The translations under genes were made by a program, and so were the position numbers. From positions 2,572-66,571 of IMG/VR virus record IMGVR_UViG_3300021426_000093: a stretch of 64,000 bases of DNA; one strand, given 5' to 3'. Below, piece by piece: positions 24,645 through 43,994 of the stretch; positions within the stretch are counted from its first letter, which is position 1, and every line of letters starts with the position of its first letter. The notes beneath the pieces are model-generated. The model was not told the origin of the DNA and searched no databases. It saw only the letters and a program-made list of their open reading frames with translations. The DNA comes from a virus. Its lineage: Duplodnaviria; Caudoviricetes.

Positions 24645-27600
24645 ATGGCGAAATATAGTAATCAAGTAATATATGATATTAAAACTACTCTTGACGCAAG
24701 CGGCATCACTAAATTACAATCAGAATTGAGTAAAGTTCAAAGTACTCTTAATTCATTAAAAGGGAAAAAACTTGGTCTTAACGTTGATGAATTAGAAGGA
24801 TATAGAGCAGAAGTTGAACAATTATCGAGAGTTTTAAGCACAACTTTTAATACTCGAACAGGTATGCTCGATTTAAATAAGTTCAATGCTGCTTTAAATA
24901 ATGGTACTATTAATGCTGAAAGATTAGGCGCAGCTTTTAATGCAGCAGGTAACAAAGGTAAAGTAGCTTTTAATTCACTAGTAACTTCAATTACTACATT
25001 AAATAAAAATGCTATAACTGCGAACTCTACTCTTACTAAGATTGCCAATACTTTTGGAAACACTGTCCGTTGGGGCATTACCGCAAGCATCTTCCAAGAG
25101 ATGATGGGTAGTGTTCAAGGCGCAGTTTCATATATGAAAGATTTAGATGAATCTTTGACAAATATTCAGATGGTTACAAATTCATCTAAAGAAGATATGC
25201 GAGAATTAGCTCAATATGCGAATAATGCTGCGCAAGCTTTAGGTTCAACTACAACTGATTATACAAATGCTGTTAAAGTGTTCGTGCAAGAAGGTTTCTC
25301 CGAATCAGAGTCTAAACAATATGCTAATTTATCAACAAAATTAGCAAATGTCTCAGAACAAAATACTCAGACTACTTCTGATCAAATTACAGCTTATCGT
25401 AATGCTTTCCAACTAGATTATCAACAAACTGTTGAAGCAATGGATAAAGTTGCTAATGTTGCTAATAATACAGCATCAAATGTTAATGAATTAATGACAG
25501 CTTCACAGCGTTCTGCTTCAGTAGCAAATGCAGTTAATGCAAGTCAAGATTCATTCTTAGCTTCAATTGCGACAATTGAATCTGTTACACGTCAAAGTGC
25601 TGAAGAAATTGGTAATGGTTTAAAAACAATTTATCAGCGTATGGCAGATATTAAAGTAAGTGGTAAAACTGATGACGGAGTTGATTATGGTCAATATGCT
25701 ACTACTTTAAAAGAAGTTGGTGTTGATATTCTTGATGCTAATAGAGAAATCAAAAGTTTTGATCAAATACTAACAGAACTTCAAGCTGTTTGAGGTGATT
25801 TGTCTGATACCATGAAGCAAGCTGTTGGTCAAAAAGTTGCAGGTAAATTCCAGTACAACCGTTTTGTTGCATTAATGGATAATCCAGAATATTATCAAAA
25901 AGCATATAATGCTACCCAGGGTGCTTCTGGTATGATGGACCAGATGAATGAATATTATATTGAAGGTATTGAAGGTAGACTTAATACTTTACAAACTGCG
26001 GGCGAACAAATAATATCTACACTATTTGATCAAGATAATATTGAACCAGCTATTGAAGCTGCTACAGATTTTTTGAATATTATAAATACTATTATTGATA
26101 CTGTTGGTGGCGGAGTACCTGTATTTACAGCATTAAGTTCTGTTATATTAAGAATGTTTAGTGCTCAAATTGGTGAACAAGCAGCACGAATAGCAACTAA
26201 TATTAGTACTATGGCACAAGGTAGTCAAAATGTTAAACAAATGCAGACAACTTTGACTGGATTGCAGGCTAGTGGTATAGCAACAGACACTGATACTTAT
26301 AAATATGCTAAAAATAGTGTTGGTTCGATGGTCGGATTAAGTAGTAATACCCAACAAGAATGAAGTAATACTATTGCTAAAAGTGCTGAAATAGAAGAGC
26401 AAATGCTCCAAGCTGAAGATAAATATAATGAAGCCGTTGGTCTTGCTAATTCTAAATTAGAAGCTAGATATAAAATAAGCTCTCATATTAAGGATATGGA
26501 AGCTTCAAAAAGTAGTATAACTAAATCAGAGATTACTGCTTATGAACAAATTAAAGAAATTTTAAGTCAAACAATAGTTCTTGATGAAGAAAATTTCAGT
26601 ATTGATCAAAATCTTCTTAAACAAAAAGTTGCTATTGCTAAGTTGCTTGCAGAAGGTAAAGATTTAACTTATCAAGAAGTAATGGCTGAATCTGAAAAAA
26701 TTGATTTGTTAGGTGCTGATCTAAGTATTACAGAGTCAATTCTTCAGGCAGAGCGTGAAAGACAAGCAGCACAACAACAGCATAATGCTCAACAAGAAGT
26801 TCAGAAACAACTTGATGAACGTATGCTAATGGAGCAGCAAGGTAAAAGTATTACAAATTTAGTTTCTGGATTAACTTCTATAGTATTTTTAGCACAGTCT
26901 GCGGCATCTATATGGCAAACTTGAACGGATGAGAATACTTCTTTTGAAGATAAAATCGTTGGTAGTTTAATGAGTTTGACAATGATTCTGCCAATGGTTA
27001 TAACAGCCTATCAAGCTTTAACTGCGGTAAAATGAGCTGATATTACGGCCAGTATGACGAGTATTGCCACAGCAGGAAAAGATATTATTGTAAAAGGATT
27101 ACAGGCTATAGCTAATAATGCATTAGCAGAAGCAACTGGTGCAGCAGCTGCGGCACAGTGATTATTAAATGTTGCGATGAGTGCAAATCCAATAGGAGCT
27201 GTGATTGTGGCTATTACTGCATTAATAGCTGTTATAGGTGGAGCAATTGCTCTTTATACGAGTTGACAAGAATCAATTCATGCATCAAACAAAGAATTTG
27301 AAGCACAAAAAGAATTATTAAGTAAAACTAAGAAAAATTATACCGACGCCAGGGATGAAGTTGATGCACTAAAGGAATCTATAGATTCTCTTGGAGAAAC
27401 AAAAAAATCTTTAGAAGATTTAACAGAAGGTACAGATAAGTGAAAAGAAGCTGTCCGAAAACTTAACGATCAGGTTTTGACATTACTTCAAACCTATCCT
27501 GAATTAGCTCAATATGTTGAAAATGAAGATGGTGTTTTAAATATAAATGATGTTGGTATGGATCAATTCTATCAACAGCAATTAAATGAAGCCGATCATC

Positions 27601-30600
27601 TCGCGAGTATTAATTCTGTACAACAAATTAATACCTTACAAGCTCAAAATAAAAAAGAAGTAGAAGATTTTTATAATCAATGAGGAATGGGTAAAGGCCT
27701 TTCAAAAGAAGAAATTGAAATGGCTATTTCTAATGGAGCTGTAGAATTAAAATCCGGTGCAGATGAATTAAATGCAGCTTTCGCCGAACTGATAAATAAA
27801 ATACAAATAAATTCAACTTCTATTGATAACTTATCAGATAATATTGGTACATTAAATACAACTTATTCTGATTATAGCTCAAAAGAAGATATTAATTTTG
27901 ATGAAGTAAAAGAAAGTATACAAAGTCAATATAGTAACGTTTTTGGTCCTTTAACTTTTGACAGTGCAGCAAACAGTTCTGAATTCAAGCAACTGGTAGC
28001 AGATGCTACAGGGATAAAATCAGAATCTATTAAAGGTATTCATCAAAAAGATTTATTTTCATCGGACTGAACTGTTGAAAAAAATGACGGTTCTTCTGAA
28101 AAATACTCTCAAGAAGATCTTCTTAATTTATTAACAGATAGTCAAATTGCAATTGATGAAACTAATAGAAAATTAGAAGAAAACAAAATTATCTTTGAAG
28201 CTTTTGGTGCTAGATATGACGAAAGTAGCAAAAAATTTGTTGATTCTTCTGGTGAAACAGTTTCATCATTAGAAGATTTAAATGGAGTGACTAGTGATGA
28301 GATTGCCGCGATCAAAGCTTTCCAAGATGGAATTTATAATGATATTGCCGTAAAAGATTTTTATGGTTCTCTTGAAGAATTTGTGGCCGAGCTTAAAGAT
28401 AGCACTTTAAGTGTAGATGGTTTTTCTGAAGCTTTATTAGCCGCACAAGTCCAACGGAAAGAAGAAGGCGTCTTTGGTGATGAGGGTAGACTTACAAGTT
28501 TATCTCAAACTCAAGGTATGATGGTAGACGCCAATGCCGATGGATTAACAGAAAACTGAAAGCTAAGTCCTGAACAGGCTAAAGCTGTTATGACAGACAT
28601 GATGAAAAAATTAAACGAATCAAGTTTGTCAGATGATGAAAAACTTCAATTAATGGATAAAATTGATTGGAATATGCCAGTTCAAGATATTCTTGCGAAT
28701 ATTCAGCATGCTATTGATACTGGTAATATTAATTCAGCTTTTGTAGATACTGCAGGATTAGAAGATGACTCTGAAAGAAAATCAAAGGTTTTAGAAGATT
28801 ATGATATAAGTGAATCTACTTTAGACGCTTATACAGAACAGTTACAAACAACAGGAGAATTAGCAGAGCAGCATGAAAAATTAGCGGATTCTTTAGAATA
28901 TGCTAAAAAACAATTTGGAGATGAATCTGACGAAGTTAAGAATGCTCGTAAAGCACTCACGGCATTTAACGGTGAGTCTGAAGATATGGCTGTTGATTTA
29001 GCGCAAACTCAAAAAGGTCTTGAGTCATTATCTAATAATATGGCTGAATATGGAGATATTTTAAAGAATGGCGATAAGACAACTTTAGAATATGCTGAAG
29101 CTCTTGGAAAAGTAAAAAAATCTTTAGCAGATACTTTAAATGTGTCAGAAGAAAGTATTTCTAATTCAACAGTTGAAGAACACCTGGGTGATATTGAAGC
29201 ACTAGCAGCAGGAGATGAAGAAGCCCTTAATAATTTACGAATAGCCGCAAGTCAAGATATTGTAGCTGGTTTTTATATGGCAGAAGACAGTACTCTTACA
29301 GAAGAACATATGGAGTACTTAAAGCAAAAAGCTATTGAAGTTAATTCATTAAATATTGAAGTCGGCGCTGATATCAATGATGAAGAATTTACTAATGCTT
29401 TAAATGATATGCTGTATAATGGAGAATTGACCAAAGAACAGGTTAATGAATATCTTCATGGAATTGGCGTTGAACCGCACTTTGAAACAGTTAAAAAGGA
29501 AACAACATTATTTTCAACGGCAGGAATGCATGTAAAAGGGGATATTTTTGGAATTCCATATGATGTTACGCTACCTTCTTTTGAAGTCTTAGGACAGGTC
29601 GATGTTCCTCAAATTGTTCCTGAAGGAGAAAGTGCTCAAAGTAGTGGACCGAGTCAAGGTAGTACAGGTCTTAGACGTACAGCTAGTCCAACAGCTCCAA
29701 GTGGTCAAACAGGTATTAGTCCAAGTTATGTAAATAATGCTTATAAACCTGATAGTAATGATAGTAATAAGAATAAAGAAAAACAACCTAAAAATAATAA
29801 ACCTAAAGATTATCAAAATAGTGAATGAGATTATTTAACAGATATTACTAATGACCTTGATAGAGCTGAAGCCGTAATGGAAAGGCTTTCTAAATTAGAA
29901 GATCGACTTTATGGGGCTAACCGTGTTTCTCAGTTAAAGAAAATTTCTAATGAGTATAAAAAGTATATCGCTTTATTAGATAAAGAAGTTAAATTAGCTC
30001 AAAAACATGCTAAGACTTTAAGAGAAAAAGCTACTGATGAAAATGGTAATTTAACTATTAATGGTTATGCTAATCAGGCAGGCTTTGATAGAGTTGAATT
30101 TGATGCTAAAGGGAATATTCAAAACGGAAAAGCTATTGAAGAAGCATTATTAAAACAATTAAATCAGGCTACTACGAATTACAATGATCACCGCAATGAT
30201 GAAGATACAAGCAAATACGAAGAAGCACTTAAATTAGCTCAAAAAAATTATGACGGATTTATGAAAGCTCTGTCTGAATATGAAGCCACTCTTGGAACAA
30301 TAGAAGATGGTCAAAATGCTATTCAAGACTATAAAGAGAAGATTCAAGATGCGGCGGATGCTATTGTAGACTCTATTCAAGAAGGTATTGATAATGTTGT
30401 TGAAGCGATTGATAGTCAACGAGAATTTATGAAAACATATCGTGATTGACAACAAGGTGGTAATGATTATAGTCATTTTGATAATGATCGTCAATATTAT
30501 AGTGAAGGTTTAGAAGGAATATTCTCACCAACCGAAGGTTCCAATGGAGCTTCCGTTTTTGATGAGCAACTTATGAATCTTAAAAATAGATATAAGGATG

Positions 30601-33503
30601 CTAAAAAAGTTTTTGATGGTAATTCTAATAATGCAGACGATGAAGCATTAAGTGAAGCTGATGCTCAAAATAATTTACGAGAAGCTACAGACAACCTTAC
30701 TAAAACTTTAAATTCTGCAATTGGTTATTACGATTCACTTATGGATACAATTGATAAAGCTTCTAAGAAAATGGATGATTTAATAGATAGCCGTCTTGAA
30801 GAATTTGATGATATTAATTCATATCTTGATAGTAAATTAGAGCAATCTCAATTATTATTTGGTGATAGACCAGAAAATAATTCTCAGTTTTATCAACAAA
30901 AAATTGCTACAAATATGGAAAAAATGGTTTCAATTAATACAGCGATTGAAGCTAAACAAGCAACGGTAGAGACTCTTGAACATCTTGAAGCTAGTGGCAA
31001 AGAACTTTCTACAGAAGAGCGTCAAACATTAACGGATGCTCGTAAAGAACTTGCGAAACTTCAAAAAGAACAAACCGATACTGAAACAGATTTATTAACA
31101 GATATCCGAAATAAATTAAATGAAGATATTAAAAAAGAATTAAAAGAAGCTGTTAAAAAAATGTTCAGTGATGGCGACCCAGAATGAATATCACAACAAT
31201 GGGAGATAGCCGCGCGAGACGATTCTCGATTTTTAGATGATTACAATCGTGCTTTTGAAATTGAAAAATTAGAGTTAAAGTATCAAGAAGCTTTAAACGA
31301 TGCACGAAAATTTTCTCTTTCTATTCAAGAAGAAATTTCAGAAAGAATGGAAGAAGAGCTTAATTGACTTAGAACAAAATTAAATGTTTCTAAATATGAT
31401 GTTGAATATGCAGAAAAAAATCTAGAAATACTCCAAAAGAGAATAGCCTTAGAAGAAGCAAGAGAAAATAAAACTCAAATGAGATTACAGCGAAATGTCG
31501 CAGGTAATTATGATTTTGTTTATACTGCAGATGAAGATGCTATTAATGAAGCCAAAGAAAATTTATTAAGAGCTCAGCAAGAAGCTTATAATCTTTCTAA
31601 TCAAATGTGACGAGATACTTATGAAAGTGCTATTAAAGCTGCAAAAGATGCTGAAAGTGTTATTCTTGAAGTTGCTACTGATGCAACTATTGGTCTTGAA
31701 GAAAGACAAGAACGTGTTAGATGGTTATTAGATAATCTCGGAGAATATATAAATAATTCTAGAGTTGAATTAAACGAAGTAAGTGTTAATTTATACAATG
31801 ACGTTGTAGGCGCAGAACAATTAATTGCAGAAGAAAATCTTGGCAACCTTGCAAATCTTTTTGAACAAATGAGGAATGATTCAATTCAAACAAAAATATC
31901 AACTCAAAAAGACGCCGAAGAAATGAAAGAATCTGTAAAAAATTCTATTTCTGGTGAAGGTGGAGTAACATCAACCTTAGCTACCGCATGAGAGAATGTT
32001 CGAAATAGTGGAGATGAAGCTTGAGGTGGATTAGCTGAGGATGTAGGCGGAGAAGAAGGATACTTGAAAAAGATCCGGGATGCATCTAATAATACTTGAA
32101 AAGGTATCGGCGCCACTGGAAAAACAACTTGACATAATTTAAAAGACGCGGTAACTGGTAAAGATGGTATTTTAACTGGAATAACAACTGGTTCTGTTGA
32201 TAGTTGAGAAAAAGTAGGAAAAGCTGGTGTAAATAGCGTTAAAACAGTAGAAAAAGGAACTAAAGAGCCTTTAAAAAGAATTAAACTTGGTTCTGAAAAC
32301 ACAGTAGAGGGTATCAATAAAGATGTACAATGACTGGTTGGTGAACTTGGAACTCAATTCCAATTAGGTACAAACTATGCAATAGGTAGTACAACTGAAG
32401 TTGAAGCTGCAGTAAATGGGGCTTATAGTGGTATTACTAAATCTATGTTTGAATATGAAGAAGCTAATAGAAGTGCAGTAGCAGCATCTGGAGAATCTCT
32501 TGATACTTTTGTTGCTGATAGTGTAAATACTGCAGCAGAACGTGTAGAAAATTTAAATGGTACAGAAGAACAATTTAGAGAAGATTTACAATTATTAAAT
32601 ACTACTATTAATGAATCTGCGAATGAGATGAAGAATTGAAAAGCTATAATTGACGCAGCCATAGGATCTTCTAAGAAACTTATAACTAAATCTAATAAAT
32701 TGAACACTAGTATTGGAAATGACGGTGTTCAGTTAGCAATAGCCGCTGGAACAGCAGAAGCTTTTACTGGAGCATCAGATGGATTAAAAAGTTCATTGGA
32801 CGATTTAGCAGATGCAGCCGATGATGTTTCAAGTTCAATAAAAACAATGGCCACAGATATTTCTAACGCATATGTAAATTTAGCACGAGCTGCAAAAACA
32901 GCAGAAAGCGCTTATAAGAATATGAAAACAGCTGCGAATTATGCTAGATCTGCCGCAGACTCAGCTGACAGAGCGGCACAAAGAGCGAATAATTCTATTG
33001 ATACTTTAAATAGAAATTCAAGTGGTGATCAAATTGATCTTAGTTGAGTTTCTAAGCTTAAAGAAAATGTTCAAAGTGGTGTTTCAAGTTTATTTGATAA
33101 ATTTAAATTTAATACTCCTATGTATACTAATATTTGACAAGTTGGAGATACTTTTACTCCCGGTTGATATGATACTGGTGGTTACACGGGAAAATGATCT
33201 GATGGAGATACTGATACTAAAAATGGAAAATGAGCAATTCTTCATCAAAAAGAACTTGTTCTTAATGCGACAGATACAGAGAATATTCTTTCAGCTGTTG
33301 ATATTGTACGTGATATTATGTCAGGAATAAATAATATATCCTCTTATAAAAAGAATATTTTTGAGCAACAGAATAGTTCTAATGATATAAAACAAAAAGT
33401 TGAGATTAGCGCGACCTTCCCTGGTGTAACAGAAGCTATTGAAATTAAACAAGCACTAGAACAACTTGCAAATAACGCTTATCAAGCTGCTAATAGAAGA
33501 TAA
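24645..33503 (+). CDS. tail tape measure protein, 2952 aa in code 4
   Basis: All + fragments share one frame. TP901-type TMP core (LTNIQMVT...ELAQYANNAAQALGSTT), AQ[TGA]LLNVAMSANPIG motif, 11-residue Trp repeats encoded by TGA at ~31.98-32.2 kb, C-terminal YDTGGYTGK[W]...[W]AILHQKELVLN. Confidence 0.92.
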
Positions 33504-33507
33504 AATT

Positions 33508-33540
33508 AAAGACCCTATTTTACATAGGGTCTTTTTTTTT
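33508..33540 (+). terminator. intrinsic terminator
   Basis: AAAGACCCTAT...ATAGGGTCTTT followed by a T run. Confidence 0.85.
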
Positions 33541-33624
33541 AACTTAAATAACAAAAGGTAATAAAATAATATTTTTAAAAATTAAATAAAATAGAAATAA
33601 ATCACGGCTATAAAAGGAGAATAA

Positions 33625-38703
<5,079 letters not shown>

Positions 38704-38717
38704 GATAAGGAGATAAA

Positions 38718-41700
38718 ATGAGCACACAAACTGGTTCAATTAGTTTTGAAGCAACTGGCGGTTTTAACAGTTATGCTAAACAAAACTATGCGACTTTGTC
38801 ACAGATAAAAGGACAATTTGCTACGTGTGGGACTGGTGCAAGCACAGCCGCAAAAGTAGCTACAATTGTTCCTGCTGATTCTGGTTGGACTCTTTATGAC
38901 GGTGCAACTATAACAGTAAAATTTACAAGTAAAAATACAACAACAGCGCCCACACTAAATGTTAATAGTACGGGCGCTAAACCTATTAAAGATTTTAATG
39001 GTAATGATTTAATTAAAGCCGCGTATGAATGGCCTGAAGGTGCGGCTATGTCATTTACATATGATGGTTCCTCTTGGAGATTACAAGATAGTAATTTAAT
39101 GGAGCGTGTTCATACAGCGGAAACTGCTATTGAACAAAATGCAAATGAAATTAATTTAAGAGCTACTAAAGAAGAAGTAGATAATGCTATAGATGATGTT
39201 AAAATTACTAAGTTTGGAGAAGGAGCATCTGTTGTTGTAGAAGACTCAGCAGGACTTCCTCCAATAGAGGTGATTGGAGAAGGCTGGGCGGAGCAAGACG
39301 GCACGCCCACGCCTGACAACCCGCAGGAAGTGAGGGTGGCGAGGGGGAGGAACCTGCTGCCGAACACGGCTACCTCGAAGACCGTCAACGGCGTAACGTT
39401 CACTGTGAATGCGGACGGCAGCGTGACGGCGAACGGGACGGCAAATGCTGAGGCTGCTTTAGCTGTCTATATAAGCAATGAAACAGGTGGAAAATTTCAG
39501 GATGCGTTTTTAAGCGGCTGCCCAGCAGGGGGGAGCACATCGACATACATGCTTCGATTCTCGAATGTCACGCAGACTTCTGCGCCAGACATCGGAAATG
39601 GAGTGAAAATCAATATAGACACCACTGGTAGATGCGTCGTTGCCATAATTATCGCGTCAGGCTACACAGTCAACAATCTCACCTTCTACCCCCAGCTCGA
39701 ACTCGGCTCCACACCCACGCCTTACGTACCCTACGGGCATGTGGGTTTGGAGGTGCGTGATTCTAGCGATGAATTGGTTAGCGTCACGCTTATACCGCTA
39801 CCCTCCAAGGGCTTCGCGGCGGCTTTGCCAGACGGCACGGCGGATTCGCTGACGATTGACTCGGCGGGGCGGTGCGAGTGGTGGAACAGCGCGAAAATGG
39901 GAAGGGTTACAGGCAGCAACATCGCGGCTGTATATGACGCAAACTCCTGTTTGCATTGCACGACAAACATTATCACGGCAAAAACATCAGGCCAGGTTAA
40001 ATCCAATATGTTCCAGACCTATAGCGGCGATGCGAGCTCGTCAAATATGCAATTTGAGAGCGTCGGCGTCAATTCGGGTGGTAGCGCTCTTAGGTTTTCG
40101 GTTGATAAAAACAGGCTTGAAACAGTCGATTTGAACGGTATCAAAGCGTGGTTTAACGACAATCAGCCCGTTGTGCTTTACAAGATTGCCACCCCCACAA
40201 CCGAGCACGGCTACATCGACCTCCCGACAATCCCCGAGGGCGCGACAATCGCCATCCCAGAGCTTGAGAAGTCTAGTATTAAAGTAAGTTGGTGGACAAA
40301 ATCTGGTCAAGAAGCAGGTAATGCACATCAATCTTCAGTTAAAGAAAATGCTGAATTACGTATTACTGCTGATGGAATTACTTCTGAAGTTTCTAAAATT
40401 TCAAGTGCAAAATATGTTACTACTGGATATAATTATACTTTAGCACAAATTAAAACTTATGCGGCAGAAGGGCATTCCGATAATTGAACCATAGTGAGTG
40501 ATGATAGTATTAGAGTTGGAGATACTGTATATGTTAAAGTTCAAGATACTACTCGTACTTGCCCAGTATATATCAAAGTTAAAGTTACAACGATTTCATC
40601 TCCTACCCGTATAACTGGTATATCACATGGTTATGAAGATGTATTACCAGTTGATACTATTAAGTCTACTATTAATCAATCTTCTGACAGTGTTAAAATT
40701 CAAGCTAAACATATTGAGATTGATGGGACCGCAACCTTTAAGAATAATGATAATACTACAACTACTCTTAGTAATTATTTAACTAATAATTATGATGCTA
40801 AAGGTGCAGCTCAAGAAGCTATAAATAATTTAGAAATTGGTACAAGAAATTTTCTATTAGGAACCGCAGAAGAAAAAACAAATGCCGATCTTGTTACTTT
40901 TGATTTATCACCAGCTTTTTATGAATTATCTACTGATGATATATTAACTATTTCTTTTGATGTGAATGTTGCTTCTACAGGATGAATTGATTGTTATTGA
41001 AGAAGTGCGGCTAGTGGGGGAACTACTTATGCAAATGAAGCTAGTTTTTATCCCGCATGAGAAATAACTAGTGCAGGAGAATGATTACATTTTTCAGCGT
41101 CAGATATAATAGGTCCAAATTTAACAGATGCAAAAGTTTTAGCTTTTAGATATAATACAACTAAACATAGTAGTGCAACAAGTAAATCTAAAACCTTTAA
41201 AAACGTAATGCTTGAAAAATCAACAATACCTTCTTCTTGACAAGAAGCACCAGAGGATATTCAAGCAAATATAGATATAGCTCAAAACACAGCTAATAAC
41301 GCTGCTCCTAAGACTTCAGCAGTTTCCCGCACCCAACGCATATATTATCAATCTGCTAGTACAACTAAACCTTCTACTCCTGGTACAGTTTCTAGTGATT
41401 GAGTTTCAGATGAAAGTGGTGCACCTGATAAATGAACTCTTAAACGCATGAGTTATTCTTCTACTAAACCCTATATTTATACTTGCGAACAGAAGCAAGT
41501 TGTAAGTGGTACAGTCTCTTATACTCCTGTTCTCTTGGATGATACTACTACTGTTATAGATGGCGGTAAAATTATTACTGGTAGTGTTACAGCTAATGCT
41601 TTAAATGCTTCAAATATTAATGCTAGTAACATGTTAACTATTGGTGCTTTTAATTCTAATACTCAAAATTCAATTTTAAATTCTGAAGTAATGGATGAGT

Positions 41701-43334
41701 TAGTTTCTCGTGGTGAACAACTCGTTATTAATGGTAATGCTTTTATGGGTGATAATACTAATTTTTCAATGTGAGTTTATGACGGAGTGAAAGCGAATGT
41801 GTCAGGAGGATCGTTTACTCATTCTATTCAATATAGTACAACACTTTGAACTGATGAGTTTATTCCAATTGATGGTAATAGCATTTATGAATTTTCATTT
41901 GACGCTATATCAGAGAGTGGTGATGCAAGGCTATATGGTGTATTTTATTGTTATGATATAGATAACAATGCTATAACAGCGTCAGATATTCTTTATATTA
42001 ATGGTTCAACTACAACATTGGCGCAAGATCTTAAATCTGGCGATACTTATGTCTATCTTACAGATGTGTCTGGATTCGACCCAAACGGCGTAGATGTTAA
42101 TGGAGCATATTCTAGATCACTTATTTTTTGGGATTATACAAATTCAAAGGGATATAGATACCCAATCGAAACATATTCACGGCATCGTCTTTCATATGAC
42201 AAATGAGCTGCGCATTCAAATATCGACTATACAAATAATCGAATACAACTCAAAACAGCATACTCTGGTACGACTATACCTGCTGGTACTCCAGTTTCTC
42301 AAGGAAATAGCGGTTCTACGTATGAATATCCCGCAGCAGTTAATGCGCTTATCCCATCTGATTGGCAGCATTATACTGGTTACGTGCATCCAAAAGGTGT
42401 GACTGTTCCAACTGGGGCGAATGCTACTCTTCGGCCAGGAACCGCAAAGGCGAAAGTAGGTTTTTTGTGGAATTATGGTGGTTCATCTTCTAAACCACAA
42501 TCACAAATATGGGTAACAAATGTATCTTTAATGAAATGGCGTATTACAAGTTCAGAAACAATTGAGCAAACTCAACAAATTTATTATAGAAGTAGTAGTT
42601 CTTCTGTACCAAGTGGTACTGGACTTCCAACAACATGAGTTACAGCTACAACTGATTTATTTGCAACAACAAATATTGATGCATCTAAATGAAGTCTTAA
42701 AGCTTCACGATTAACTGCAAATGCAGATGGTACTGGGATTAAATATCCTTATTTATGGACTTGTACTCAAAAGAAAACCTTAGATGGTACAGTTTCATAT
42801 GGAACTATAACTCTTGATGATACTACAACGGTAATTGATGGTGGAAATATTATCACAGGAAGTGTTTCTGCAAATAGTATTAATGCTAATAGTGGTAAAT
42901 TTGATACTGCGAATATTCCTGATTTAAGTGCAGCAAAGATAACTTCTGGGGATATCACAGCAGATAGAATTAAAACTAATGTTGTAAATGCTATTAATGC
43001 AACTGTAAATCAAATAGATGCAAAAAATATTAAAGCGTCTGAACTCCAAATTGGACAATCACAAGTTACTAATTTAACAAATGATATTGCCGATGCTAAA
43101 AAACACACTCAAGTTATTGTTTCAGCGAGTAATGTTAATTATGCTGCAAATACGTGTACATTGACTGCTCGATTATATATTGATGGTGAATTACAAACTG
43201 GCACATCATTAAAATGGCAATGATATAGGGATGGTGCCGCACAAGGAAGTCAAATGACAGGCGCTACAGGAATGTTGAATGTTACATCTACTCTTGGAAT
43301 AGGGCATCGCTATTCCTGTAAATGTACATTCTAG
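38718..43334 (+). CDS. tail fibre / receptor-binding protein, 1538 aa in code 4
   Basis: SD AAGGAG. Frame continuous via TGA to TAG. Carbohydrate-binding-like segments and duplicated TTTVIDGG.IITGSV.AN modules. Confidence 0.8.
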
Positions 43335-43346
43335 AAAGGAGATAAT

Positions 43347-43994
43347 ATGGCAGAAGAGATTGGTGAGCTTGATCTTACCGCTCAAGCTGATGCAGCTAAA
43401 ACCGCAAGTAATTTTATTACAGAAGTTACAAATAGTGGAATTATGGTTGCTGATCAAGGTAAAGGCACAACGGATGGCGTTATTACACCAAATACAACGG
43501 GTTGGCATCTTTCTGATACACTTGAACTTATTAAGGATGGTATTACAACATTTAAAGTATGATTAAATGAAGATACTACAAAAATGCGTATTGGTAATGA
43601 AGATAGCAATCATATTACGCTTGATGATACAGGTATGAAAATATTTGATTATAATGATAATACAGCAACATTTAATAAAGATGGTATAGAAATTGGTACA
43701 CAATATCATGTACAAATTTTATCAGATGGTATGCATATAATTGATCCTGCTGATGTTGTAGTTGCATCTTATGGTAAAAATTCAATAATTGGACCGTCAT
43801 CTGATTTTCATTTGTCTACTACTGGTAATCGTATGGAATTTTGGCAAGGCAATACGCTCGTTAGCTATATTAACAATAACCAAATGAAGATACCTAGTAT
43901 TGTAGTTGATGAACGTATGGAGGTTGGTAATTGAACATGGATCCATCGTGCTAATGGGCATTTGTCATTAGTTTGGATTGGAGGCGATGAATAA
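43347..43994 (+). CDS. minor tail protein, 215 aa in code 4
   Basis: SD AAAGGAG. The C-terminus VGN[W]TWIHRANGHLSLVWIG resembles common phage tail-tip termini. TAATG coupling to the next gene. Confidence 0.7.
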
